Source: Candidatus Pelagibacter sp. HTCC7211 (GTDB lineage: Bacteria > Pseudomonadota > Alphaproteobacteria > Pelagibacterales > Pelagibacteraceae). Taken from it: 32,000 bases of DNA. Below, piece after piece: positions 1 to 9,062 of the stretch (the stretch's first letter is position 1; each line of letters begins with the position of its first letter). Both the position numbers and the translations under genes were made by a program. The notes beneath the pieces are model-generated. The model saw only the letters and a list, made by a program, of their open reading frames with translations. It did no database searches and was not told the DNA's origin. The DNA lies in assembly GCF_000155895.1 (NCBI RefSeq), contig NZ_DS995298.1:150001-182000 (forward strand). Reading direction: 5' to 3'.

Positions 1-1328
1 ATTCCAACACCAACCATATTTAACGCACCTTTTTCAAAGCCCACTATTGTTTGATTAAACCACTCTTTAAGAGCTTCCTTAAAATTTGAGTTTTTAAATA
101 ATAAATAAATTAAATTTACAAATATAAGCGATACAGTTGCATAAAATATTGAATAAGAAGCTGTAAATCTTAGGTAGACCAACATATAAATTAAAACAAA
201 GATTGGTATTAAAAAATGAATTCCTGATAAAAATGTTTTTTTTAAATTTGGTACATCTGCATCATCCATCCCTTTTAAATTTAATTTTAGAGCCTCAAGA
301 TGTGAAATATAAAATAATGCAATGTAAGAAATTATTGCTGGTAAAAATGCATGTTTAACAACTTCAAAATATGTAACACCAATAAAACTTGCCATAACAA
401 ACGCTGCAGCACCCATAACTGGTGGCATAATTTGACCATTTACTGAAGATGAAACTTCTATTGCACCAGCTTTTTCCTCAGAAAAACCAGTTTTTTTCAT
501 AATAGGAATTGTAAATGTTCCAGTTGTTACTGTGTTTGCAATGGAAGATCCTGAGATTAATCCTGTCATTCCAGAGCCTAAAATTGCGGCTTTTGCGGGT
601 CCACCTCTCATTTTTCCAACCATAGCAAATGCCAAGTCTAAAAAATATTTACCTCCTCCAGCGGTTTCTAATAATGCACCGAATAGGACAAACAAAAATA
701 TAAAATCAACCGAAACACCAATAGGAATTCCAAATATAGCCTCTTGATCAAGCCATTGAAATCCAACAAGTCTATTTAATGAAAGACCTCCATGAGAAAT
801 TATTTCTGGTGCATATCTTCCAAAGTAAGAGAATAATAAAAAACAAATTGCAATAATAACTAATGGCAAACCAATTGCGCGTCTTGTTGCCTCCAATAAA
901 ATCAATATACCACAACTACCAATGATTAATTCAACGGGTAAATTATAATTTTCATTAATTGAAATATTTAAAAGAACTCCTCCACGATCAACAAGTTGAT
1001 CATAGAAAAAATATATATAAAGACATGAAAAAGCTCCAACGAAGCTTATTATTACATCAATTATGGAAATTTTTTTTCCTTTAGATATTGGATAAATTAA
1101 AAAAGCTAAAGTTAGAGCAAAACCTAAATGTATAGCTCTAGCTGGAAGTCCTTTAAACATTCCAATATTAAACATAAAAGGAAATGGTGAAGCATACCAA
1201 AGCTGAAATAAAGACCAAATAATTGCTATTAAAGCTACAATTTTAAGATGAAGTCCTGTTAAATTTCTTGTTGGAGATAGGTCTTCATTTATCTTACTTT
1301 TTACTTTTTCATTAATGCTTTGACTCAT
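1..1328 (-). CDS. TRAP transporter fused permease (4TM/12TM, TAXI-associated); partial, the 3' end lies beyond the left edge of the window
   Basis: Not in the ORF track because it runs off the window. My minus-strand translation from ATG (1328-1326) reads MSQSINEKVKSKINEDLSPTRNLTGLHLKIVALIAIIWSLFQLWYASPF... and stays open to position 1. It is multi-TM and contains LETAGGGKYF and MRGGPAKAAILGSGMTGLISGSSIANTVTTG, which are typical of TRAP fused permeases. It lies directly downstream of a TAXI receptor gene. Confidence 0.8.
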   Translation of the reverse strand, partial: MSQSINEKVKSKINEDLSPTRNLTGLHLKIVALIAIIWSLFQLWYASPFPFMFNIGMFKGLPARAIHLGFALTLAFLIYPISKGKKISIIDVIISFVGAFSCLYIYFFYDQLVDRGGVLLNISINENYNLPVELIIGSCGILILLEATRRAIGLPLVIIAICFLLFSYFGRYAPEIISHGGLSLNRLVGFQWLDQEAIFGIPIGVSVDFIFLFVLFGALLETAGGGKYFLDLAFAMVGKMRGGPAKAAILGSGMTGLISGSSIANTVTTGTFTIPIMKKTGFSEEKAGAIEVSSSVNGQIMPPVMGAAAFVMASFIGVTYFEVVKHAFLPAIISYIALFYISHLEALKLNLKGMDDADVPNLKKTFLSGIHFLIPIFVLIYMLVYLRFTASYSIFYATVSLIFVNLIYLLFKNSNFKEALKEWFNQTIVGFEKGALNMVGVG

Positions 1329-1350
1329 TATAAAAAGATACCTTATTATA

Positions 1351-1381
1351 AAAAAAAGGCCCGATAAAAATCAGGCCTTTT
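1351..1381 (-). terminator. Intercistronic GC-cored hairpin with flanking A/T runs, between the TAXI receptor and the permease (attenuator or partial terminator)
   Basis: The plus strand reads aaaaaaaGGCCcgataaaaatcaGGCCtttt. AAAGGCC (1355-1361) pairs with GGCCTTT (1374-1380) around a 12-nt loop. On the minus strand the stem is followed by a 7-T run. Confidence 0.45.
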
Positions 1382-1401
1382 AATTTAATTAAGTAATTGG
1401 A

Positions 1402-2406
1402 TTACATTAATCCAGCTTCTTTGTAATATCTAACTGCACCTTCGTGAAGTGGAGCTGATAAACCATCTGCAATCATATCTTCTTTTTTAAGTGAAGAGAA
1501 AGCAGGATGTTGTTTTCTGAAATCATCAAAGTTTTCGAATACTGCTTTAACAACTAAATAAACAAGATCAGACTCAACCATATTACTAGTTACTACAGTA
1601 GCTTTAACACCAAAAGTAGTAGCATCTTTTTTTTGTCCTGTATAAGTTCCAGCAGGTATTACTGCTTTAGCATAATAATCTGCACCATCAATTAAACCCT
1701 GAACTTCTGATCCAGTTAAGTTAATTGGAGAAGCTTTTGCTGCACAAGTTGCTGCTTGTTCCATAGCTCCATTTGGAAATCCTACAGAATAACCAAAAGC
1801 ATCTATCTTACCATCGCACAATGCTTTAACTTGCTCAGATGAAGTTAATTCAGTTGTTGATTTAAAGAAACTATTATCAACACCTTTTGCTTTCATAAGC
1901 TCTTCCATAGTTCCTCTTTGTCCTGAACCAGGGTTACCAATATTTACAACTTTTCCTTTTAAGCCAGCAAAATCTTTGATTTTAGCTTTTTTTCTTGCCC
2001 AAATTTGAAATGGTTCATTGTGAACAGAAAATACAGCTCGTAAGCCTTTATATTGTTTACCTTCCCATTTACTTGATCCATTTACTGCATGATATTGCCA
2101 GTCAGATTGAGCAACACCAAATTGAAACTCACCGGCAGCGATTTGACCAATATTATAATTTGATCCACCTGTTGAGGGTGCTGTACATCTGTAAGCTTTA
2201 TCAATACCCTTTTTTCTTCCATGTTCTTTAGCAATTGCAGATTTATGTAACATTTTACAGATTGCGTTACCTGTTTGGAAATAAACTCCAGTAGGTCCGC
2301 CTGTTCCTATCGTAAAAAACTCTGCTGATTTTGCAACACCAGTTAATGATAAAGATGCGGCTAATATCAGTAAAGCACTAGATAGAGATGTAATTATTTT
2401 TTTCAT
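1402..2406 (-). CDS. TAXI-family TRAP transporter solute-binding receptor (exported)
   Basis: 334-aa ORF with an N-terminal signal peptide (MKKIITSLSSALLILAASLSLTGVAKSAEF). It has the FFTIGTGGPTGVYF motif characteristic of TAXI (TTT/ImmA-like) receptors. A strong SD (GGGGAGAAAAA) precedes the ATG, and the fused TRAP permease is adjacent. Confidence 0.85.
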   Translation of the reverse strand: MKKIITSLSSALLILAASLSLTGVAKSAEFFTIGTGGPTGVYFQTGNAICKMLHKSAIAKEHGRKKGIDKAYRCTAPSTGGSNYNIGQIAAGEFQFGVAQSDWQYHAVNGSSKWEGKQYKGLRAVFSVHNEPFQIWARKKAKIKDFAGLKGKVVNIGNPGSGQRGTMEELMKAKGVDNSFFKSTTELTSSEQVKALCDGKIDAFGYSVGFPNGAMEQAATCAAKASPINLTGSEVQGLIDGADYYAKAVIPAGTYTGQKKDATTFGVKATVVTSNMVESDLVYLVVKAVFENFDDFRKQHPAFSSLKKEDMIADGLSAPLHEGAVRYYKEAGLM

Positions 2407-2480
2407 TTTTTCTCCCCATGTATCGTTATTTTTTATATTGTAATTCTAACAGCAATTAATTGGGTATGTATAGTCAGATT

Positions 2481-3707
2481 TTATATTGATTCTGACCACT
2501 TTTTCAACTTATCAACACCTTCGACTATCTTAGGAGCTAACTCATTAATCAAAGTATCATCAATTTTTGTGTTGTCTTCAATTTCTTCCATAAATTTTTT
2601 TCCATCAAAATCAGTAAAACTTAATCTTGCTAACATTCGATTTTGATCAAAGCCAAAATCAGATCCAGGTAATAAAGCAACACCTGTCTTATTTAAGATA
2701 TCGTCACACATTTCAGTTGAAGAATTAAACTTTTTATTTAAAAACTCAGGCATTAAATAAAATCCACCTTGAGGTTTATTAATTAAAACTTTATTTGATT
2801 TTAAATTTTCATAAACGTAATTACCAACTGTTTTTAAAATATTTCTTGATTTATTAATGTAATCTGAGTGGTCGTTTTCGTAAGCTTTAATTGCTGCATA
2901 TTGAATGGGAGCACTGACAGCAGAAAAAGTTTCACTTGCCAAAACATTAATCATATCTTTAAACTTATTTAAGGAGTTTGGTACTATAAAATAGCCCAAT
3001 CGCCATCCACCAGCTCCACACCATTTACTTAAACCTGTACTAACAATTGTTTTTTCAGGACAATAATTTGAAATAGATTTATAATTTTTTTCAAAACTTA
3101 GTTCAGAATAAATTTCATCAGATAAAATAATTAGATTATATTTATTAGCAACTGCAGCTATTTCTTCTAAGTTTTCACAAATTTGGCCAGATGGATTATT
3201 TGGTGAATTAATAAATAATAAATAGTTTTTATTTTTTTCTTTTAGAATAAGTTCCTCAATTTCTTTTGCCGTTGGGAACCAGTTATTTTCTGCTTTTGTT
3301 TGTAAAATTTTTATTTTATTTCTTCCAAGCATTGCCTGAGGTGCATAAGAAACCCAGCTTGGAGCAGGTAAAATAATTTCTCCATCAAAAATTATATGTA
3401 GTAAAAACATTAATTCTTTAGATCCAGGTCCTATAATTACATTTTCAGATTTATAATTAAAATTTTTTTTACTGGAAGTATACTTTGCTACTGCATCTCT
3501 CAACTTGGATAAACCTTGCATGGGTAAATATTGATTTTGATGAGCATTATTTTTTAATTCCTCTACAACATCAAATGGAACTTTAAATGGAGATTGTCCA
3601 AAACCAAATTTAAATATTTTTTTTCCTTGCTCCTCTAATTTTCTAGAAGTCTCATTTATTGCTAATGTTGAAGATGGTTTAAGGCTTTTAACTAAATCTT
3701 TTAACAT
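2481..3707 (-). CDS. Class I/II PLP-dependent aminotransferase (aspartate/aromatic aminotransferase-like)
   Basis: 408-aa ORF. It has NSPNNPSG and the PLP-lysine context STGLSKWCGAGGWRLGY typical of fold-type I aminotransferases. Its ATG (3707) directly abuts the upstream gene's stop (3708-3710). Confidence 0.85.
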   Translation of the reverse strand: MLKDLVKSLKPSSTLAINETSRKLEEQGKKIFKFGFGQSPFKVPFDVVEELKNNAHQNQYLPMQGLSKLRDAVAKYTSSKKNFNYKSENVIIGPGSKELMFLLHIIFDGEIILPAPSWVSYAPQAMLGRNKIKILQTKAENNWFPTAKEIEELILKEKNKNYLLFINSPNNPSGQICENLEEIAAVANKYNLIILSDEIYSELSFEKNYKSISNYCPEKTIVSTGLSKWCGAGGWRLGYFIVPNSLNKFKDMINVLASETFSAVSAPIQYAAIKAYENDHSDYINKSRNILKTVGNYVYENLKSNKVLINKPQGGFYLMPEFLNKKFNSSTEMCDDILNKTGVALLPGSDFGFDQNRMLARLSFTDFDGKKFMEEIEDNTKIDDTLINELAPKIVEGVDKLKKWSESI

Positions 3708-5666
3708 TTAATTACTAAGCTCTTTTAAATTCATAAAATATTTTAAAGAATCAGGATTTGCTAAAGCTTCTTTATTTTTTATTTTGTTTCGCTCAATTGT
3801 ATTTTTAACTGCTAATTCTACAATTTTCCCACTTTTAGTTCTTGGAATATCATTAACTACAATTACTTTACTAGGAACATGTCTTGGAGAAGCATTTTTT
3901 CTGATTTGCATTTTTATTCTTTTTAATAAATCTTCAGTAAGATAAAATTTTGAATTCATAATTAAAAATAAAACAATTCTAACATCATTATCCCAAGATT
4001 GCCCCACAACAATTGACTCTTTTACTTCCTTAAATTTTTCAACCTCAGAATAAATTTCTGCAGTTCCAAGCCTGACACCACCAGGATTTAAAGTTGTATC
4101 TGATCGGCCATGAATGACGAAACCATTATTTGTTTTTATTTCTGCAAAATCACCATGATGCCAAACATTAGAGAAACGATTGAAATATGCATTTTTATAC
4201 TTTTTATCATTTTTATCATTCCAAAACTTCAATGGCATTGAAGGGAAAGGATTTTTACAAATTAATTCTCCTTTTTTATTTTTTATAGATTTCCCTTTGT
4301 CATTAAAAATATCAACATCTAAAGCTAGTCCTTTATTTTGAATCTCTCCCACGTGCACTGGTTGATATAAATTTCCCAAAACAAAACATGAAACAATATC
4401 AGTTCCACCTGAAATTGACGCTAAATGAACATTCTTTTTTATATTTTGATATACATATTTAAACCCTTCATTTGATAAAGGTGATCCAGTTGAACAAATA
4501 GTTTTTAACTTTTCTAGATTATACTTATATTTTAGTTTTGGTTTTAATTTACGTAATGCATCTGCATATTTTGCGCTTATTCCTAAAAATGTAATATTTT
4601 CTTTCTCTGCAATTTTTAGCAATAAGTCATCTTTCTTAAACATTGGCGAACCATCAAATAATACTATTGAGGCTTTAGAAGCTAAAACACTTACTAACCA
4701 ATTCCACATCATCCATCCACAAGTAGTAAAGTAAAAAACATTATCTCCTTCTTTAATATCACAATGTAATTGATGTTCTTTTTTATGTTGAATTAATACT
4801 CCTCCAGTCCTATGACAAATACATTTAGGTTTTCCTGTTGTACCACTTGAATAAAGTATGGCAAGTTCATGATTAAAATCATATTTAGTGAAATTTATAT
4901 TCCTAGAACTAATTTTCATTAATTCATTCCATCTAAAAATATTTTTTCTAAATGGTAATTTATAATTTATAAATTTTTTTCCAGGATAACTAACAACTAC
5001 AATATTTTTAATTGAAGGTATTTTTTTTAATATTTCTGAAAGTCTCACTAAAACATTAATATTTTTTCCATTATAAAAATATTGATCAGTAATAAATAAT
5101 AACTTTGGATTTATTTGAGAAAATCTTTCGATTACTCCCTTTACTCCAAAATCTGGTGAACAAGAAGACCATATTGCTCCTATTGAAGATGTGGCCAAAA
5201 AAGCTTCTACTGTTTCAATAGTATTTGGCATGTATGCAGCTATTCTATCTTTTTTTTTAATCTTTTTGTCTTTAAGGAACTGTATCAACTTACTTGTGTT
5301 TTCATTTAATTTAACCCAACTTCTCTCTTCTCTATAATTATTTTCACTTATAAAAGTTATAGCCTTTTCATTATTATTTTTAGTTAATAAATTCTCAGCA
5401 AAATTTAATTTACTATTTGGTAGAAATTTATTTTTATAAAATATTTTAGATTTTTTAATCTTTTTATTCCCTTTTATGCCTTTGATTTTGCTAAAACTCC
5501 AGAAAGCACTCCAAAATTCTGGGGAATTTTTAATGCTCCAATTAAGTATCTTTTGATAATCACCATTAAAATTTTTATTAAATTTTTCAGAAATATATTT
5601 TTCAAAATTATTGAGAATTGAATTTCTTTTTTGATTTAAGGATGCTTGCCAAATTTTTTTGGTCAT
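3708..5666 (-). CDS. Acetoacetyl-CoA synthetase (acetoacetate-CoA ligase, AMP-forming)
   Basis: 652-aa ORF. It has the AMP-binding motif YSSGTTGKPKCICH and an N-terminal W...PEFWSAFWSF region. Length is typical of acetoacetyl-CoA synthetases rather than acetyl-CoA synthetases. Confidence 0.8.
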   Translation of the reverse strand: MTKKIWQASLNQKRNSILNNFEKYISEKFNKNFNGDYQKILNWSIKNSPEFWSAFWSFSKIKGIKGNKKIKKSKIFYKNKFLPNSKLNFAENLLTKNNNEKAITFISENNYREERSWVKLNENTSKLIQFLKDKKIKKKDRIAAYMPNTIETVEAFLATSSIGAIWSSCSPDFGVKGVIERFSQINPKLLFITDQYFYNGKNINVLVRLSEILKKIPSIKNIVVVSYPGKKFINYKLPFRKNIFRWNELMKISSRNINFTKYDFNHELAILYSSGTTGKPKCICHRTGGVLIQHKKEHQLHCDIKEGDNVFYFTTCGWMMWNWLVSVLASKASIVLFDGSPMFKKDDLLLKIAEKENITFLGISAKYADALRKLKPKLKYKYNLEKLKTICSTGSPLSNEGFKYVYQNIKKNVHLASISGGTDIVSCFVLGNLYQPVHVGEIQNKGLALDVDIFNDKGKSIKNKKGELICKNPFPSMPLKFWNDKNDKKYKNAYFNRFSNVWHHGDFAEIKTNNGFVIHGRSDTTLNPGGVRLGTAEIYSEVEKFKEVKESIVVGQSWDNDVRIVLFLIMNSKFYLTEDLLKRIKMQIRKNASPRHVPSKVIVVNDIPRTKSGKIVELAVKNTIERNKIKNKEALANPDSLKYFMNLKELSN

Positions 5667-5835
5667 ATTTTTAAATTACCATTATAGAATTAATCTTATT
5701 TATGATAATCTAACTGAACTATATAAGTAAAATGAGAACTTTTTACCCTACGATTCGGTCATGTTTTAGTCTATTTTTGTTCTTTAACAGCAACAATATC
5801 TGGTAGGTAAAGAAAAAGATATACCAAAGATAGAA

Positions 5836-8316
5836 ATGACTAAACACAAAATCACAGCTATTCTTGGGCCGACTAATACAGGCAAAACCCATCTAGCTAT
5901 AGAGACTATGCTGTCTTTTGATACTGGTATGATTGGATTTCCATTAAGATTATTAGCTAGAGAAGTTTATGACAAAGTAATTAAAAAAATTAGTATTGAT
6001 AAAGTAGCTTTGATCACTGGCGAAGAAAAAATAATCCCTCAAAATGCAAAATATTTCTTATGTACTGTTGAGTCTATGCCCATAGATAAACATTTAGAAT
6101 TTGTTGGAGTGGATGAAATACAAATGTGTGCTGATCATGAAAGAGGTCATATTTTTACAGATAGACTTTTAAATATGAGAGGAGAAAAACTCACAATGCT
6201 CATGGGTTCTAATACCATTAAAAATATAATTTCTAAACTTGATGCAGATGTAAAGTTTATAAACAGAAACCGTTTATCAAAACTAACATATACAGGTCAT
6301 AAAAAAATTTCTAGAATAAATAGAAAAACAGCAATAATAGCTTTTTCTGCAGAAGAAGTTTATGCCATAGCAGAACTTATAAGAAGACAAAAGGGTGGTG
6401 CTGCAATAGTAATGGGATCATTAAGCCCTAAAACAAGAAATGCCCAAGTAGAATTGTATCAGTCAGGCGATGTTGATTTTTTAGTGGCAACTGATGCTAT
6501 AGGAATGGGAATTAATATGGATTTAGACCATGTTTTTTTTTCAAATCTCAAAAAATTTGATGGCAAAAAATTGAGAAAATTAAATCTCTCTGAAATTGGT
6601 CAAATTGCAGGTAGGGCTGGTAGATATCTTAATGATGGTAATTTTGGAATCACTGGTGATTGTAAAGAAATTACATCCGAAGATGTTGAGCTGTTAGAAA
6701 ATCATAAATTTGAAGAAATTAGAAATCTTTTTTGGAGAAATTCAAATCTTAACTTTAATAATCCATTGAGTTTAATTAAATCTCTTGAGGAAAAACCTCA
6801 TACAGATTGGTTAAGAAAAATACACGAATGTGAAGACGAAAAAGCCTTAAAATATTTTTTAAGAGAAAAAAGTTTAATTAATTTAGAATTTAATAAGAAA
6901 TCGTTAAGCCTATTATGGGAATGTTGCCAAATACCCGATTTTGTTAAGAAAACTTATGGAAATCACTATGAAGTTATTGGCAATGTATTTTCATTTCTAA
7001 ACAGTGAAAAAGGACAAATTAGTGATGAATTTATGAGATTACAGCTTATAAAACTTGATAAATTAGAAGGAAATGTAGATTCTTTATCAAATAGAATTGC
7101 AAATGTTAGAACTTGGTCTTATGTTTCTAATAAAAATAACTGGATTGAAAATCAAGACTATTGGATAGAAAAAACAAAACACTTAGAAGATAGACTTTCA
7201 GATAGACTTCATGAAGAACTTACAAAAACTTTCATTGATAAAAGAGCCAGTGTTCTTGCAAGAGGTTTAAAACAAGATATGGAATTTAAGACAGAAATTT
7301 TTGAAAATAACGATGTGATAATTGATGATCAATTCATAGGAAAAATAATAGGTCTTAAACTAGAGTTAGATTTTAAAAAAGGAGCGTTAGAAACTGACAT
7401 TAAATCATTAAAAAAAGCAGCTAGACAATCTATTGGGCCTGAGCTTGAAAAAAGAATTCAAATAATTATTGATACAGGGCTTATTGAGTTGAATGATGAT
7501 TTTAAAATTTATTGGAATAATTTTCCTATAGCAAAACTATCTGTTGGAAATGACTACTTAAATCCTAATTTTGAACTTATTATTGATGACACAATAGAAC
7601 AAAACCCAAAACAAAAATTAGTTGACTTTATTCACAAGTGGATACAGACAAAAATTAACTCAGTACTAAAAAGTCTTATTGATTTAAAAAATCTTAAAGA
7701 AAAAAACTCCTCAATTAAAGCATTAGCTTATCAACTTTATGAAAATAACGGAGTGCTAAAACGAGAACAAGTTTCAGAATATTTAAAATCATTAGGTCAA
7801 AATGAAAGAAAAATTTTAAGGGATCTTGGTGTAAAATTTGGAAGATATCATGTTTTTTTATATCAATTAATTAAGCCTGAGGCAGTATCTCTCAGAACTT
7901 TATTGTGGAAAAATTTTCATCAAAAATATTATAAATTAAAACCTCCTACTTTTGGTCTTAATTTTTTAGATGATCAAGAGTCTAGAAATAGAAATTTTAT
8001 GCTACTTTGTGGTTTTGAAAAATTTGATAATTTATTTGTTAGAATTGATATTTTGGAAAGACTTTTCATGCAAATAATTAATTCTAACTCAAAAGAAAAT
8101 AAAGAGATAAAAATGGTACCTGAAATGTTAAATCTTCTGGGTTGTAGTAAAGACAATTTTAAAAAACTTTTAAAGAAAATGGGTTATAAAATTTTTGATA
8201 AAGAAGAAGAAACATTTTTCAAATACAGCCCTTTAAAACAGTTTAAAAAAAATCCAGTTAAAGAAGTTTCTAGTGAAAATCCTTTCAAAGTATTAAAAAA
8301 TTTAAATCTTGGATAA
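5836..8316 (+). CDS. SUV3/MgpS-like ATP-dependent helicase with a long C-terminal extension
   Basis: 826-aa ORF. Walker A is GPTNTGKTH, the DExx-type box is VGVDEIQM, and helicase-C motifs include TDAIGMGINMD and QIAGRAGR. The architecture resembles the conserved alphaproteobacterial SUV3-like helicase. Confidence 0.75.
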   Translation: MTKHKITAILGPTNTGKTHLAIETMLSFDTGMIGFPLRLLAREVYDKVIKKISIDKVALITGEEKIIPQNAKYFLCTVESMPIDKHLEFVGVDEIQMCADHERGHIFTDRLLNMRGEKLTMLMGSNTIKNIISKLDADVKFINRNRLSKLTYTGHKKISRINRKTAIIAFSAEEVYAIAELIRRQKGGAAIVMGSLSPKTRNAQVELYQSGDVDFLVATDAIGMGINMDLDHVFFSNLKKFDGKKLRKLNLSEIGQIAGRAGRYLNDGNFGITGDCKEITSEDVELLENHKFEEIRNLFWRNSNLNFNNPLSLIKSLEEKPHTDWLRKIHECEDEKALKYFLREKSLINLEFNKKSLSLLWECCQIPDFVKKTYGNHYEVIGNVFSFLNSEKGQISDEFMRLQLIKLDKLEGNVDSLSNRIANVRTWSYVSNKNNWIENQDYWIEKTKHLEDRLSDRLHEELTKTFIDKRASVLARGLKQDMEFKTEIFENNDVIIDDQFIGKIIGLKLELDFKKGALETDIKSLKKAARQSIGPELEKRIQIIIDTGLIELNDDFKIYWNNFPIAKLSVGNDYLNPNFELIIDDTIEQNPKQKLVDFIHKWIQTKINSVLKSLIDLKNLKEKNSSIKALAYQLYENNGVLKREQVSEYLKSLGQNERKILRDLGVKFGRYHVFLYQLIKPEAVSLRTLLWKNFHQKYYKLKPPTFGLNFLDDQESRNRNFMLLCGFEKFDNLFVRIDILERLFMQIINSNSKENKEIKMVPEMLNLLGCSKDNFKKLLKKMGYKIFDKEEETFFKYSPLKQFKKNPVKEVSSENPFKVLKNLNLG

Positions 8317-8321
8317 TTTTT

Positions 8322-8735
8322 ATGTTTTTTAAAAAAAATGAAAATAAAACAGAAAGTAATTTTTTAGTAAAAATTTGTGCATTATTAATCCATACAGCTA
8401 AGATTGATGAAAATTATACAAATAGTGAGGAAGAAATAATAAAAAAAACTTTACTAGAACTAGGCTCTGATGAAAATGAATTGGATAAAATAATTAAAGA
8501 AGCAAAATTTATCGAAGAAAATTCAAATCAAATTTTAGAATTTACAAGAGAATTCAAAAACCTAGCTGAGGAAGATAAAATTAAAATAATAGAAGCATTA
8601 TGGTCTATAATCTACTCAAATGAAGATGCTGATATATATGAGACAAATTTAATGCGACGCCTTGCTGGCCTCTTATATATTGACAGTAAAACTATGGGAG
8701 ATATTAAGAATAGAATTCAAAATCGAAAATCTTAA
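8322..8735 (+). CDS. TerB-like (tellurite-resistance TerB family) small acidic protein
   Basis: 137-aa ORF with two TerB-like half-repeats (LLIHTAKIDENYTNSEEEIIKK and LWSIIYSNEDADIYETNLMRRLAGLLYI). It starts 6 nt after the helicase stop, and its stop abuts the fdxA ATG (TAAATG). Confidence 0.5.
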   Translation: MFFKKNENKTESNFLVKICALLIHTAKIDENYTNSEEEIIKKTLLELGSDENELDKIIKEAKFIEENSNQILEFTREFKNLAEEDKIKIIEALWSIIYSNEDADIYETNLMRRLAGLLYIDSKTMGDIKNRIQNRKS

Positions 8736-9062
8736 ATGACTTATATAGTAAATGACAAATGTATTAAATGTAAATTAACTGATTGTGTTGATGTATGCCC
8801 GGTAGATTGTTTCTATGAAGGTAAAAATATGCTTGTAATTAAACCGGATGAGTGTATAGATTGTGGCGTTTGCGAGCCGGAGTGTCCTGTTGATGCCATA
8901 ACTGCAGATACAGAACCTGGAAGTGAAAAATGGTTGGAAATCAATACAAAATATTCTGAGATCTGGCCGAATATAAGTGAAAAAAAAGATCCACCAACGG
9001 ATCATGAAAAATTTAAGGATGAGCAAAATAAGTACGAAAAATATTTTAAAGAAAATCTTTAA
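8736..9062 (+). CDS. fdxA: 7Fe-type ferredoxin (FdxA, [3Fe-4S][4Fe-4S])
   Basis: 108-aa ORF beginning [55 protein letters not shown]. This is the canonical FdxA cysteine pattern, and the length is typical of alphaproteobacterial FdxA. Confidence 0.92.
   Translation: MTYIVNDKCIKCKLTDCVDVCPVDCFYEGKNMLVIKPDECIDCGVCEPECPVDAITADTEPGSEKWLEINTKYSEIWPNISEKKDPPTDHEKFKDEQNKYEKYFKENL

Noticed and set aside
4707-4716. The DnaA-box-like CCATCCACA inside the acetoacetyl-CoA synthetase gene.
   Set aside because: It is a single 7/9 match within coding sequence encoding a conserved WMMW region. There is no clustering or AT-rich unwinding element nearby.
5683-5699. A third ICE-like site, TATAGAATTAATCTTAT, in the divergent region between the acetoacetyl-CoA synthetase and the helicase.
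   Set aside because: It has four mismatches to the TTTAGAA-N3-TTCTAAA dyad and poor symmetry in the second half. It is not distinguishable from background in AT-rich DNA.
5836-8735. The large helicase plus TerB-like protein as a candidate anti-phage defence pair.
   Set aside because: The helicase has the SUV3/MgpS housekeeping architecture and sits in an apparent operon with fdxA and cdnL. No nuclease, NTPase partner, toxin domain or island signature is present.
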